64,000 bases of DNA from an uncultured Pseudomonadota bacterium (lineage in GTDB: Bacteria > Myxococcota_A > UBA796 > SXON01): contig CAJBVW010000449.1 of assembly GCA_903959175.1 (NCBI GenBank), positions 12,959 to 76,958 on the forward strand. The letters run 5' to 3'. Shown piece by piece: positions 1 to 8,629 of this stretch. The stretch's first letter is position 1. The number at the start of each line of letters is the position of its first letter. The notes below the pieces were generated by a model. The model worked only from the letters and a program-made list of their open reading frames with translations. It was not told the origin of the DNA and ran no database searches. A program made the position numbers and the translations under genes.

Positions 1-597
1 GAGCGTCACGTCGTCCTCGCGGATGCCGAGCACCTGCTTCGCGTACATCTCGGTGTTGAAGATGAAGTCGTTCGCGGCGTGCACGCAGGCCTTCGGGGCG
101 CCGGTCGAGCCGGACGAGAAGAGCCACACGGCGGGGTCGTCGGGGCCGGTGTCGCCGTAGGGGCAGTCGGCGGAGCGCGCGGCAAGGGCATCGGCGTCGA
201 CGTCCACACGGATGACCGCGGAGAGCTGGCGGCCCATGGCCTCGGCGATGGCCTCGGCGTTGGCCTCGGCGTAGGCGGACGTGGTGACGAGGACGCGCGC
301 CCGCGTGTAGCGTAGGTAGTACGACCAGTCCTTGGGCGGGACGCCGGGGTTCATCATCGCGACGACGGCGCCGACGCGCACGACGCCGAACCACGCCTCG
401 GCGAAGGCGGGGGTGTCGTCCAACGCGAGGAGCACGCGGTCTTCCTCGCGGACCCCGAGCGCGCGCAGGTGGGTGCCGAACCGGCAGCTCGCGGTCGCCA
501 TCTCGCCGAAGGTGTGGGCCTCGTCGCGGTAGCGGAGGGCCACCTTGTCCCGGCGCGCGGGCAGGTTGTGGTCGAGGAAGTAGGCGGCGAGGTTCAC
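1..597 (-). CDS. AMP-dependent acyl/aryl-CoA ligase, N-terminal 199 codons (gene runs off the left edge)
   Basis: Open minus-strand frame from GTG at 597 to position 1. It reads VNLAAYFLDHNL...WLFSSGSTGAPKACVH, which contains the AMP-binding signature SSGSTGxPK. The GTG overlaps the upstream TGA (GTGA). This ORF is absent from the track because it is truncated by the window edge. Confidence 0.8.
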   Translation of the reverse strand, partial: MNLAAYFLDHNLPARRDKVALRYRDEAHTFGEMATASCRFGTHLRALGVREEDRVLLALDDTPAFAEAWFGVVRVGAVVAMMNPGVPPKDWSYYLRYTRARVLVTTSAYAEANAEAIAEAMGRQLSAVIRVDVDADALAARSADCPYGDTGPDDPAVWLFSSGSTGAPKACVHAANDFIFNTEMYAKQVLGIREDDVTL

Positions 598-1643
598 GAT
601 CCCTCCAGCCATCGCGCGGCGATGACGGTCTTGAGCACGTCGGTGGCGCCCTCGTAGATGCGGAGCGGGCGGATGTCGCGGTAGAGCTGCTGGACCACGC
701 TGTCCTCCTCGACGCCGAGGCCCCCGTGGAGCTGCACGGCGGCGTCGATGACGCGCTGGGCGGCCTCCGTCGCCGTGACCTTCCCGATGGCGCTCTCGTA
801 GCCGGTGCGGGCCCCCGGTGGCGCGGTGTCGCGACGCCAGCACGCATGGAGCGCGGTGAGCGTGCCGGCCTCGAGCTCGAGCGCCATGTCGGCGAGCCGG
901 GCCTGCACCACCGGCATCGCGGAGAGCGGGGCGCCGAACTGGCGGCGGGTCTGGACGTGGCGCAACGTCTCGTCGAACGCGCGCTTCGCCATCCCCATGG
1001 CCGCGACGCCGACCGAGGGGCGGCAGCGCTCCAACGTGCCGAACGCGAGGCCGAGGCCCTTCGTCGAGACGAGGCGTGCTGGCGTGTCGACGAAGTCGAA
1101 GCGACCGATGGAGTGCCCCGCGACCTTCTGGGGGGTGGCCGGCGGATCCTCCACGAGGAAGCAGGCGATGGTGTCCCGGCCCTCTCCCGTGTCGAGGCGC
1201 GCGAACACCGTCGCGCGGTCGGCGTCGGGGGCGTTCGAGATGAAGTGTTTGACGCCGGTGAGGCGGTAGCCAGCGCCGTCGGGCGTGGCGCGCGTCGTGA
1301 GCGCCCGGACGTCGCTCCCGGCCTCGGGCTCGGTGAGGGCGAAGGCGACGACGGAGCGGCCGGTGCGCGCGGCCTCCACCACGTCATCGAAGCCGCCCGC
1401 CGAGCGCAGCGGGAAGGTGCCGAGCTCCTGGACGATGAACGCGAGGTCCGTCAGGGCGTCGGCGTGCGCGAGCTGCCAGCGGGTGACGGCGAGGCCGCGC
1501 ACGTCCGTCGGGTCGAGCAGGCCGGCGGCTGCGAGCCCCTCGACGCGGGCCCGGATGGAGCCCGTGGCGCGGAAGGTGGCGGCGGCGGCCTCGCGCGCGG
1601 CGTGGACGGGATCGAAGAGGTACGGGTAGCGGTCGGTCAGCAT
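594..1643 (-). CDS. acyl-CoA dehydrogenase family protein
   Basis: 349-aa ORF with ACAD-like motifs (TEPEAGSD, GxKxFISN, C-terminal YEGATDV with the catalytic Glu). High GC3. Confidence 0.9.
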   Translation of the reverse strand: MLTDRYPYLFDPVHAAREAAAATFRATGSIRARVEGLAAAGLLDPTDVRGLAVTRWQLAHADALTDLAFIVQELGTFPLRSAGGFDDVVEAARTGRSVVAFALTEPEAGSDVRALTTRATPDGAGYRLTGVKHFISNAPDADRATVFARLDTGEGRDTIACFLVEDPPATPQKVAGHSIGRFDFVDTPARLVSTKGLGLAFGTLERCRPSVGVAAMGMAKRAFDETLRHVQTRRQFGAPLSAMPVVQARLADMALELEAGTLTALHACWRRDTAPPGARTGYESAIGKVTATEAAQRVIDAAVQLHGGLGVEEDSVVQQLYRDIRPLRIYEGATDVLKTVIAARWLEGS

Positions 1644-1682
1644 GGAGCGGCACTGTAGCGCAGGCGCCGGCCCGACGGCGGG

Positions 1683-2195
1683 CTACCGGATGAGGCCGCC
1701 GGCGACGCACGCGGAGGACCCGGCGGCGGCCGTCAACACCGTCGGCGCGGTCGGCATCGGCGAGCTGCCCGGCGGCAGCTTGGCGGCCACCCAGGTGACG
1801 GTCACGGTGGAGAAGTCGGGCGCGAACGCGAGGGTCACGTCCCCGTTCTGGCGCTGGTCGTTGTCCCAGCGCATCGTCGCGGCGCCGGTGCCGGTGACGT
1901 TCAGGCGCGTGAAGCTCCCGACAGACTTGTCGATGCCGTTCACCGAGCCGAAGACGGCGGTGAACGAGCCGGTGCCGGGCTTGATGCGCACCGCGAGGTC
2001 CCGCGACTGGGCCTGGGTCGCGCCGTCCTTCGCGGTCTTCGGGGGGAGGGCCTCGGCGCCGCAGTACCAGGGCTTGAGCGAGGCGATCCACGCGGTGTCG
2101 GGGCCTGCCGGGGCGGGCTCGGAGGCGGCGTTGCCGCTGCACCCGACGAGGAGCAGGCAGGCGAGGAGCGGACGGACGAAGGAGCGGTCACGCAT
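1683..2195 (-). CDS. hypothetical lipoprotein
   Basis: MRDRSFVRPLLACLLLVGCSG signal peptide with lipobox. ATG at 2195 is preceded by GAGG. The longer TTG start at 2207 is an alternative. Confidence 0.7.
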   Translation of the reverse strand: MRDRSFVRPLLACLLLVGCSGNAASEPAPAGPDTAWIASLKPWYCGAEALPPKTAKDGATQAQSRDLAVRIKPGTGSFTAVFGSVNGIDKSVGSFTRLNVTGTGAATMRWDNDQRQNGDVTLAFAPDFSTVTVTWVAAKLPPGSSPMPTAPTVLTAAAGSSACVAGGLIR

Positions 2196-2203
2196 GGGGC
2201 GCC

Positions 2204-3016
2204 TCAACGGTAGGTGGGCCGACGCTTTTCCTTCCAGGCGACGTGCGCCTCCCGGAAGTCCGGGTGGAGCATGCAGATCGCCTGCGCCTGGGCTTCCATC
2301 TCGATGGCGGCGTCGAGCGACACGTCCATCTCGCGGTCGAGCTGGGTCTTCGTGACGCTGTTCGCGAAGGCGGGGCCGTCCGCGATGCGCCGCGCGATCC
2401 CGATGGCCTCGGCGAGCAGGCCCTCGGCGGGGACGACGCGGTTGAGGAAGCCGATGCGGTGGGCCTCGTCGGCGCCGACCACGTCCCCCAGGTAGAGGAG
2501 TTCGGCGGCGCGGCCGTGCCCGACGATGCGGGGCAGCAGGTGGCAGGCGCCCATGTCGGCGCCGGAGAGGCCGACCTTGTTGAACAGGAAGGCGACGCGC
2601 GTGGTCGGGCAGCCGACCCGAAGGTCGCTCGCCATCGCGATGATGGCGCCCGCGCCGGCCGCGACGCCGTTGATCGCGGCCACGATCGGGGCGGGGCAGG
2701 CGCGCATCGCGCGGACGAGCTCGCCCGTCATGCGCGTGAACGCGAGGAGGCCGGCGGCGTCCTTCTCGAAGAGCTGGCCGATGATGTCCTCGACGTCGCC
2801 GCCCGAGCAGAAGCCCTTGCCGGCGCCGGTGACGACCACGGCGCGCGTGCCCGCAGGGGGCGCACGGAACCAGGCCGCGAGGGCCGCGTAGACCGCGAAG
2901 GTCAACGCGTTGAGGCGATCCGGGCGGTCAAGCGTGACGACGGCGACGCCGTGGTCGAGGTCGACGCGGAAGGGCAGCTCGGTCACGGGGACCTCGCTCA
3001 CGGGGCCCTCGCTCAC
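2204..3016 (-). CDS. enoyl-CoA hydratase/isomerase (crotonase) family protein
   Basis: VAVVTLDRPDRLNAL...GAGKGFCSGGDV...AAINGVAAGAGA crotonase motifs. Start is placed at the GTG at 3016, which overlaps the RidA stop (GTGA). The long Arg/Pro-rich upstream extension in the track is rejected. Confidence 0.85.
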   Translation of the reverse strand: MSEGPVSEVPVTELPFRVDLDHGVAVVTLDRPDRLNALTFAVYAALAAWFRAPPAGTRAVVVTGAGKGFCSGGDVEDIIGQLFEKDAAGLLAFTRMTGELVRAMRACPAPIVAAINGVAAGAGAIIAMASDLRVGCPTTRVAFLFNKVGLSGADMGACHLLPRIVGHGRAAELLYLGDVVGADEAHRIGFLNRVVPAEGLLAEAIGIARRIADGPAFANSVTKTQLDREMDVSLDAAIEMEAQAQAICMLHPDFREAHVAWKEKRRPTYR

Positions 3017-3405
3017 GGGTACACCGCCGTCGCTTCGATCTCGACCATCGCGCCCTCCTCGAGGAGGTCGGCGACCTGCACCAGCGCCATCGCCGGGAAG
3101 TGCCGACCGAAGTGCGCGCGCCACGCCGCGCTCACCGCGGGGAGCGCCGCGATGTACGCGTGCTTGTCGGTCACGTAGATGGTGACGCGGCCGACACGAT
3201 CCGGCCACACCCCCGCCGCGTCGAGCACGGCGCGGACGTTGGCCAGGGCGCGGTCGAACTGCGCGCCGAAGTCGCCGCGCCCCACGAGGCGCTGCTCGGC
3301 GTCCCACGCGATCTGCCCGGCCACGAACAGCTGGTTGCCCAGCCGGTAGCCGTTGCTGTACCCGTGGGGTCGTGCCCAGCCCGGCGGCTCGACGGGACCG
3401 TCCAT
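3013..3405 (-). CDS. RidA/YjgF family reactive-intermediate deaminase
   Basis: 130-aa product MDGPVEPPGWARPHGYSNGYRLGNQLFVAGQIA...IEATAVYP is typical of YjgF/RidA. Its ATG overlaps the SDR stop (ATGA). Confidence 0.85.
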   Translation of the reverse strand: MDGPVEPPGWARPHGYSNGYRLGNQLFVAGQIAWDAEQRLVGRGDFGAQFDRALANVRAVLDAAGVWPDRVGRVTIYVTDKHAYIAALPAVSAAWRAHFGRHFPAMALVQVADLLEEGAMVEIEATAVYP

Positions 3406-4151
3406 CAGACGTTCAGCGCGCCGCCGCAGATCGAGATCGCCTGGCCGTTCACGCCGCGCGCGTCGTCCGAGGCGAGGAACACCGCCATCGACGCGACCTC
3501 GGAGGCCTCGAGGAAGCGGCGCTGGGGGTTCTGCGCTTCGAGCTCGGCGCGCACTTCGTCGAGCGTGCGGCCGGTCTTCTCGACGATGTTCTGGATCGCG
3601 CCGGTGAGCAGCGGGCTGTCCACGTAGCCGGGGCAGATCGCGTTGACCGTGACGCCCTTGTCGGCGTACTCGGCCGCGAGGGCGCGGGTGAGCCCGATGA
3701 GGCCGTGCTTGGAGGCGCAATAGGCCGCGAGGTACGGGTAGCCCTTGAGGCCGGCCACGCTCGCGATGTTGATGATTCGGCCCTTGCCGCGGCTCGCCAT
3801 GCTCGGGAGCACCTTGAGCGCGCAGAGGAACGAGCCGGTGAGGTTCACCTTGAGGTGCTCCTCCCAGACGCGCACGTCCGTCTTGAGGACGGGCGAGGAC
3901 CGGGCGACGCCGGCGTTGTTGATGAGGATGTCCACCGGGCCGGCGGCCATGAAGGCGGCCTCGACGCTGGCGGGCTCGCCGACGTCGCAGCGGATGCCGT
4001 AGCCCCCGACCTCGTCAGCGATCTTCTCCACCTCGTCCCGGGTGCGGGAGAGGACGGTGATGCGGTCCCCCATGGCGGCGAAGCGCCGCGCGATCTCGGC
4101 GCCGATCCCGCGCCCCCCACCGGTGATGACAACGTGCCTGCGAATCGCCAT
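3405..4151 (-). CDS. short-chain dehydrogenase/reductase (SDR)
   Basis: MAIRRHVVITGGGRGIG (TGxxxGIG), NNAG, and YxxxK (YCASKHG). GGAGA lies 5 nt upstream of the ATG at 4151. Confidence 0.9.
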   Translation of the reverse strand: MAIRRHVVITGGGRGIGAEIARRFAAMGDRITVLSRTRDEVEKIADEVGGYGIRCDVGEPASVEAAFMAAGPVDILINNAGVARSSPVLKTDVRVWEEHLKVNLTGSFLCALKVLPSMASRGKGRIINIASVAGLKGYPYLAAYCASKHGLIGLTRALAAEYADKGVTVNAICPGYVDSPLLTGAIQNIVEKTGRTLDEVRAELEAQNPQRRFLEASEVASMAVFLASDDARGVNGQAISICGGALNV

Positions 4152-4290
4152 ACGGTCTCCGAGCCGCACGGTATATGCGCGACCGAGCATGGCGTGTCAA
4201 GGCGGAGGTCCGCCGTTGCGCGGTCCTACCTGCCTCGTTGGCGAGCGAACGTCCGGTGCGGCGGCGCGCGACCCCGGGGCGCCGCCGTCC

Positions 4291-5139
4291 CTAGGCGCGC
4301 TCGTCGAGGAAGGCGGCGAGGTGCGCGGCGAGGGCGAGCGGCGCGTCCATCTGGGTCATGTGGCCGGCGCCGGGCACGTCCGCCACGGTGAGGTCCGGGA
4401 CCGCGGCCTCGAGCTTCGCCACCTCGGCGGCGGGGAACAACGAACGCTCCGGGTGGACGGAGAGCACGGGGCAGCGGATCGCGCCGAGGAAGGTGAGGTG
4501 CTGGTCCTGGCGGTACGGAGCCGCCGCGCGCACGAGGTGGCGCGGGTCGTAGCGCCACGCGAACCCGCCTTCGACCGCGCGGGTCCCGCGCTCGGCGAGC
4601 TCCCTCGCCCACGCGGGGTCCAGGCCGGTCCAGGTGGCGCGGAGGCGCTCCGCCGCGGCGTCGATCGTCGGGTGAGCGCGGTGCGCGCGCACGCGGCGCA
4701 GGCCGTCCAGGAACTCGACCATGCGCCCCCGCGCGCCGGCGCCGCCGTCGGGGATGCCGATGCCGTCCACCACGACGAGGCGCGTCACCGCGTCCGGCCG
4801 GGCCCCGGCGTACAACGTGGCGATCGTGCCGCCCATCGAGTGGCCCACGAGGCGCACGCACCCGCCGAGGTGGGCGACCAACGCGTCGACGTCCGCGACG
4901 TATTCGGGGAAGTGGTAGCTCTCGCCGGGGCCGCACCACGCGGAGTGGCCGTGGCCGCGCAGATCGAGCGCGACGACGTGACCGGTGAGGCGCTCGGCGA
5001 CGCGCGCCCAGCTCCCGGCGTGGTCGAGGAAGCCGTGGAGGAGGACGACCGGCGGGGATCCGTCGGGCTCACCCCACTCGAGGGCGGCGAAGGAGAGGCC
5101 GCGGAGCGTGTACGCGGCGTCGCGCGCGGCGCGGGTCAA
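4291..5139 (-). CDS. alpha/beta-fold hydrolase
   Basis: VVLLHGFLDH, nucleophile elbow GHSMGG, C-terminal GAGHMTQ. TTG at 5139 overlaps the stop of the upstream gene (TTGA). The start call is an inference. Confidence 0.8.
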   Translation of the reverse strand: MTRAARDAAYTLRGLSFAALEWGEPDGSPPVVLLHGFLDHAGSWARVAERLTGHVVALDLRGHGHSAWCGPGESYHFPEYVADVDALVAHLGGCVRLVGHSMGGTIATLYAGARPDAVTRLVVVDGIGIPDGGAGARGRMVEFLDGLRRVRAHRAHPTIDAAAERLRATWTGLDPAWARELAERGTRAVEGGFAWRYDPRHLVRAAAPYRQDQHLTFLGAIRCPVLSVHPERSLFPAAEVAKLEAAVPDLTVADVPGAGHMTQMDAPLALAAHLAAFLDERA

Positions 5140-6647
5140 ACGTCCCTCGCGAGGCGGAGGCCGATCTTGAGGCGGCCCGAGAGCGTGTGGGAGAGCCGGA
5201 GGGACGCCCGGATCGGGCCGTGCGCGAAGCTCCCGCCCATCACGACGCGGCCGCGGTCGGTGCGGTCCCGGTAGTACCCGGACGTGCACTCGAAGGCGTC
5301 GCCGATGGCGCCGTAGAGGCCGTATTGCGGGTACGTCGTCACCGGGGCGGTGCGGTCGCGACCGGAGTCGGCGGTGTTGGCGCGGGCGGACTCGAAGCGG
5401 TCGCCCCAGGGGAAGTGGCGACCGTCCCAGCCGCGCACCGCCTTCTCCCACTCGTCGGCGGAGGGCAAGCGCGCGCCAGCCCAGGCGGCGTAGGCGTCGC
5501 AATCCTCCGGGCGGAGCATCATCACCGGGTGGTCCGCGAGGTCCGGCGGGCACCGGCCGCCGCGCCAGTGCGAGAGCCGCTCGACCCAGGGCGGGCGCGG
5601 CCCGGTGGCGTCGAGGAAGCCCTGGAATTGACCGTTCGTGACGGCGTAGCGGGCCAGCGCGACGGGGTGGGCGAGGTGCTTGACGACCAGCGGGCGCTCG
5701 TCCGCGCCACGGGCGCCGCCGCTCACGAAGTTACCGCGGGGGACGTGAAGCCATGTGTCGTCGCTGGTCCAGCCGTCGAAGGCACCCGCGAGGAAGGCGC
5801 GCATGGCGCCGGAGAGGACGAGGCCGGTGAGGTCGTCGGGATCGCCCCCCTGGGCCGCTGCGAGCCGGCGCGCGAGACGACGCGCCACGAGGGCGTCGTA
5901 GAGCGAGCGGTGCCCGAAGCGCCAGCGGCCGTCGAGGTCCTCGACGAAGAGGCGCGCGGGGAGGCCCGCGAGGTCCTCGGCGCGGAAGGATCCGCCCTCG
6001 TGGGAGCGGTCGGGGTCGACGAGGGAGGCCCACGCGAGGGCCTCGAGCGCGTAGACTGCGCCGGTGCCAGAGAGGTGGTCCTCCACGAGCGCGGCGGGGG
6101 TGTCGCCGCGGGCCCCGCGCAACCACAACGACAGGAGCACGGCGTTGTCCGCGCAGAAGGCGGGGGCGCCCTCCGGCACCGGGTACGGCGCGATCTCGAC
6201 CATCGGGAGGTGGAAGCAGTCGACCTGGCCGGGGTCGGGCTCGGCGGCGTCGGTGCGGACGTGGCCGGGGCGGCTGGTGAGCACCCAGCGGCGCACGCGG
6301 GCGGTCAGCCACGCGACGAGCTCGGCGGCGCCGTCGTCGTCAGGGCGGCCGATCTCGTCGAGGCCGTCGAGGATGGCGGCGTCGGAGCCGCCGAGGAGCG
6401 CGGCGAGGGTGGCGGCGCGGTCCTTCGCGCGGGCGACCACGCGGAGCGGCACGACGGGCACGCCGACGCGGGCGCCGACGCGACGGGCGAGCTCCGTCTT
6501 CCCGGAGCCGAACACGCCGAGGAGCACGAGTCCGGTGCCGTCGCGGATGGCGGCCTCGACGAGGGGCTCCAGCGCGCCGGCGGGCGTGCGCACGATCGCG
6601 CCGCCCTCGCGCCGGATCCAGGTGCCGGTGGGGGGGATCCAGTCCAT
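5136..6647 (-). CDS. NACHT-like P-loop NTPase fused to a C-terminal FGE/sulfatase-modifying-factor (FGS) domain
   Basis: Walker A GVFGSGKT and Walker B AAILDGLDE (NACHT-type hhhhDGhDE). The C-terminal part carries FGE-fold motifs (RYAVTNGQF, LPSADEWEKA, VMGGSF). Start is at MDWIPP (6647) by frame arithmetic. Confidence 0.75.
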   Translation of the reverse strand: MDWIPPTGTWIRREGGAIVRTPAGALEPLVEAAIRDGTGLVLLGVFGSGKTELARRVGARVGVPVVPLRVVARAKDRAATLAALLGGSDAAILDGLDEIGRPDDDGAAELVAWLTARVRRWVLTSRPGHVRTDAAEPDPGQVDCFHLPMVEIAPYPVPEGAPAFCADNAVLLSLWLRGARGDTPAALVEDHLSGTGAVYALEALAWASLVDPDRSHEGGSFRAEDLAGLPARLFVEDLDGRWRFGHRSLYDALVARRLARRLAAAQGGDPDDLTGLVLSGAMRAFLAGAFDGWTSDDTWLHVPRGNFVSGGARGADERPLVVKHLAHPVALARYAVTNGQFQGFLDATGPRPPWVERLSHWRGGRCPPDLADHPVMMLRPEDCDAYAAWAGARLPSADEWEKAVRGWDGRHFPWGDRFESARANTADSGRDRTAPVTTYPQYGLYGAIGDAFECTSGYYRDRTDRGRVVMGGSFAHGPIRASLRLSHTLSGRLKIGLRLARDV

Positions 6648-6717
6648 GCGGGGGGCTAACGGATCGGCGGGGAGCGGGCGCGGTGCGGGCGGCCTCGGCA
6701 ACGGGTACGTGGCCGCG

Positions 6718-7350
6718 ATGCTGACGATCGATCCGCACCCCCTCCTCGCGCTGTCCGCCTTCACCGCGACCTTCCCCGCGCCGCTCGGCACGGTCGCCAC
6801 CCCGCCCGACGTGCTCGCGCTCCTCCAGGACGGCGCGGCCGCCCCCATGAGCAGCGACGACGCGACGCGCGCCGCCGTGCGGGACCTGTTGCGTCACGGC
6901 GGCTTCAAGCCCACCGGCCGCAGCAAGCCTGCGAGCGAGTACCTCATCAAGGCCGCCGCGGAGGGCATCCTCGGCCCCATCAACGCCGTGGTGGACGCGT
7001 GCAACGCCGTCTCCCTCCACAGCGGCCTCCCCATCAGCGTCGTCGACCTCGACCGCGCCGTGCTCGGTGACGTGGGCCTGCGCGTGGGCCTCGCCCCGGC
7101 GGACGCGACCTACGTCTTCAACGCCTCCGGCCAGACCATCGACGTCGCCGGGCTCCTCTGCCTCTTCGACGCCGAGGGCCCGTGCGCCAACGCGGTGAAG
7201 GACGCGCAACGCACGAAGACCACGCCCGAGACGCGGCGCACCCTCGTGATCGTGTGGGGATGCACCGCCGTCGGGGACCGCGTCGCCCGCGCCGCGGCCT
7301 GGTACCGCGCGCTCCTCGAGCAGGCCGGCGCGACGACCGCGGCGATGTGA
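6718..7350 (+). CDS. B3/B4 tRNA-binding-domain protein (PheT B3/4-like)
   Basis: 210-aa product containing RHGGFKPTGRSKPASEYL and NAVVDACNAVSL, which I recognise as B3/4-domain motifs. ATG at 6718. Confidence 0.65.
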   Translation: MLTIDPHPLLALSAFTATFPAPLGTVATPPDVLALLQDGAAAPMSSDDATRAAVRDLLRHGGFKPTGRSKPASEYLIKAAAEGILGPINAVVDACNAVSLHSGLPISVVDLDRAVLGDVGLRVGLAPADATYVFNASGQTIDVAGLLCLFDAEGPCANAVKDAQRTKTTPETRRTLVIVWGCTAVGDRVARAAAWYRALLEQAGATTAAM

Positions 7351-7354
7351 ACCC

Positions 7355-8629
7355 TCAGCCCCGGGCGCGCGCGCGCTGGGCCCGCGGCCACCGCGGCGTG
7401 AGCCGGCCGCTCACCACCATGCGGAGCGGCGTCGGGCTCGGCTCGCTCAACAGCTCGCGCGCCGCGCCGGCGAGGGCGGGCTCGCTGCGGGCCGCGCGGG
7501 CCACGACGTCGGCCTCGTGGGCGTGCCCCTCGGCGCGCAGCACCTCGATGGCCATGCGCCACGCGACGGGGAGGGTCGGGCGCGTGGAGAGCACGGTGCG
7601 GGCGCGCTCCGCGGCCACCCGGAGGCCCAGCATGTGGGAGAGCCACGCGCGGTAGCCCTCCCACAGGGCCGCGCGGTCGGGGTGGTGCGCCGCGAGCCAC
7701 TCCGCGGCCTCGAGGCCGATCCCGGCGAGCCGCACGTCGGCGGTGCCGAGCGCGACGAGGAGCTGCGCGGCGTCCTGGCGGGCCTCGGGGTCGAGGTCGG
7801 CCGCGCGCCAGAAGGCCCCGGCCGCCTCCGCGGCGTCGCGTCCCTCGTCCACGAGCGCGCGGAGGGTGTCGGCCTTCAGCTCGAGGGCCGCCAGCGCGTG
7901 CTCGGGCTCCACCCGCGCGTACTCGTGGTCGAGCGCGAAGAAGTAGGTGCTCACCCCCGCGTCCTGGAGCCGACCGAGCGCGGTGCCCGCCGGCGCCCAC
8001 GCCGCCTCCGAGGGGCTCCCGAGGACGCGCCGCTGGTAGCGCTCTGCCGACAACCAGCCGGTGCGGCGGGTCGGCACGAGGTCCACCGCGTCCCGGCTCA
8101 GGGGCGGCCGACGTGTGCGCCGGGGATCCCGCGCCGCGCGGACCTGCGTGGGCACGTCCTCCGTGGCGAGGAAGCGGCGCCAGCGCGCGGCCTCGGCGTG
8201 GCCCGGGCACGCCGCCAGCGCCTCGTCGATCGCGGCCGAGGCCCCCTCGATCTGCGCGAGCTGCACGAGGAGGGCGGCGAGGTCGCACCCGGCGTCCGCG
8301 CGCAGACCCGGGCGCCCACCGCCGCGGAGGCGTCGCATCGCGCGCTCGATTCCGTCCGGGCAGGTGAAGGTGGCGAGGGCGTCGGACTCGGCGCCGCCGA
8401 GGCGGAGGGCCTGCTCGGACAGACGCTCCGCCTCGACGGGGCGGCCGAGCACGAAGAAGGCGCGCGAGGCGACGGCGTACACGTCCCCCCGTGCGCCGAG
8501 CGGGGTGATGGCCTCGGCGGCCTCGAGCGCGTCGAGGACGGCGCCGGGCTCGCCGAAGGTGGCGGGCATGTAGAGGTCCCACCAGGGGTCCACGGGCAGG
8601 AGGTCGGGGAGCAGGGAGCGGTCGTTCAC
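7355..8629 (-). CDS. hypothetical protein, Ala/Leu-rich, probably all-helical repeat
   Basis: 424-aa ORF with high GC3 and non-degenerate composition. No family recognised. Confidence 0.6.
   Translation of the reverse strand: MNDRSLLPDLLPVDPWWDLYMPATFGEPGAVLDALEAAEAITPLGARGDVYAVASRAFFVLGRPVEAERLSEQALRLGGAESDALATFTCPDGIERAMRRLRGGGRPGLRADAGCDLAALLVQLAQIEGASAAIDEALAACPGHAEAARWRRFLATEDVPTQVRAARDPRRTRRPPLSRDAVDLVPTRRTGWLSAERYQRRVLGSPSEAAWAPAGTALGRLQDAGVSTYFFALDHEYARVEPEHALAALELKADTLRALVDEGRDAAEAAGAFWRAADLDPEARQDAAQLLVALGTADVRLAGIGLEAAEWLAAHHPDRAALWEGYRAWLSHMLGLRVAAERARTVLSTRPTLPVAWRMAIEVLRAEGHAHEADVVARAARSEPALAGAARELLSEPSPTPLRMVVSGRLTPRWPRAQRARARG

Noticed and set aside
2204-3307. Long upstream extensions of several real genes in the track (crotonase 367 aa, RidA 235 aa, hydrolase 420 aa, BatA-like 784 aa, large membrane protein 948 aa, MurJ 636 aa, methyltransferase 311 aa).
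   Set aside because: The extensions overlap the preceding gene out of frame and are Arg/Pro-rich. Internal ATG/GTG/TTG starts that overlap the upstream stop codon (ATGA/GTGA/TTGA) give products of family-typical length.
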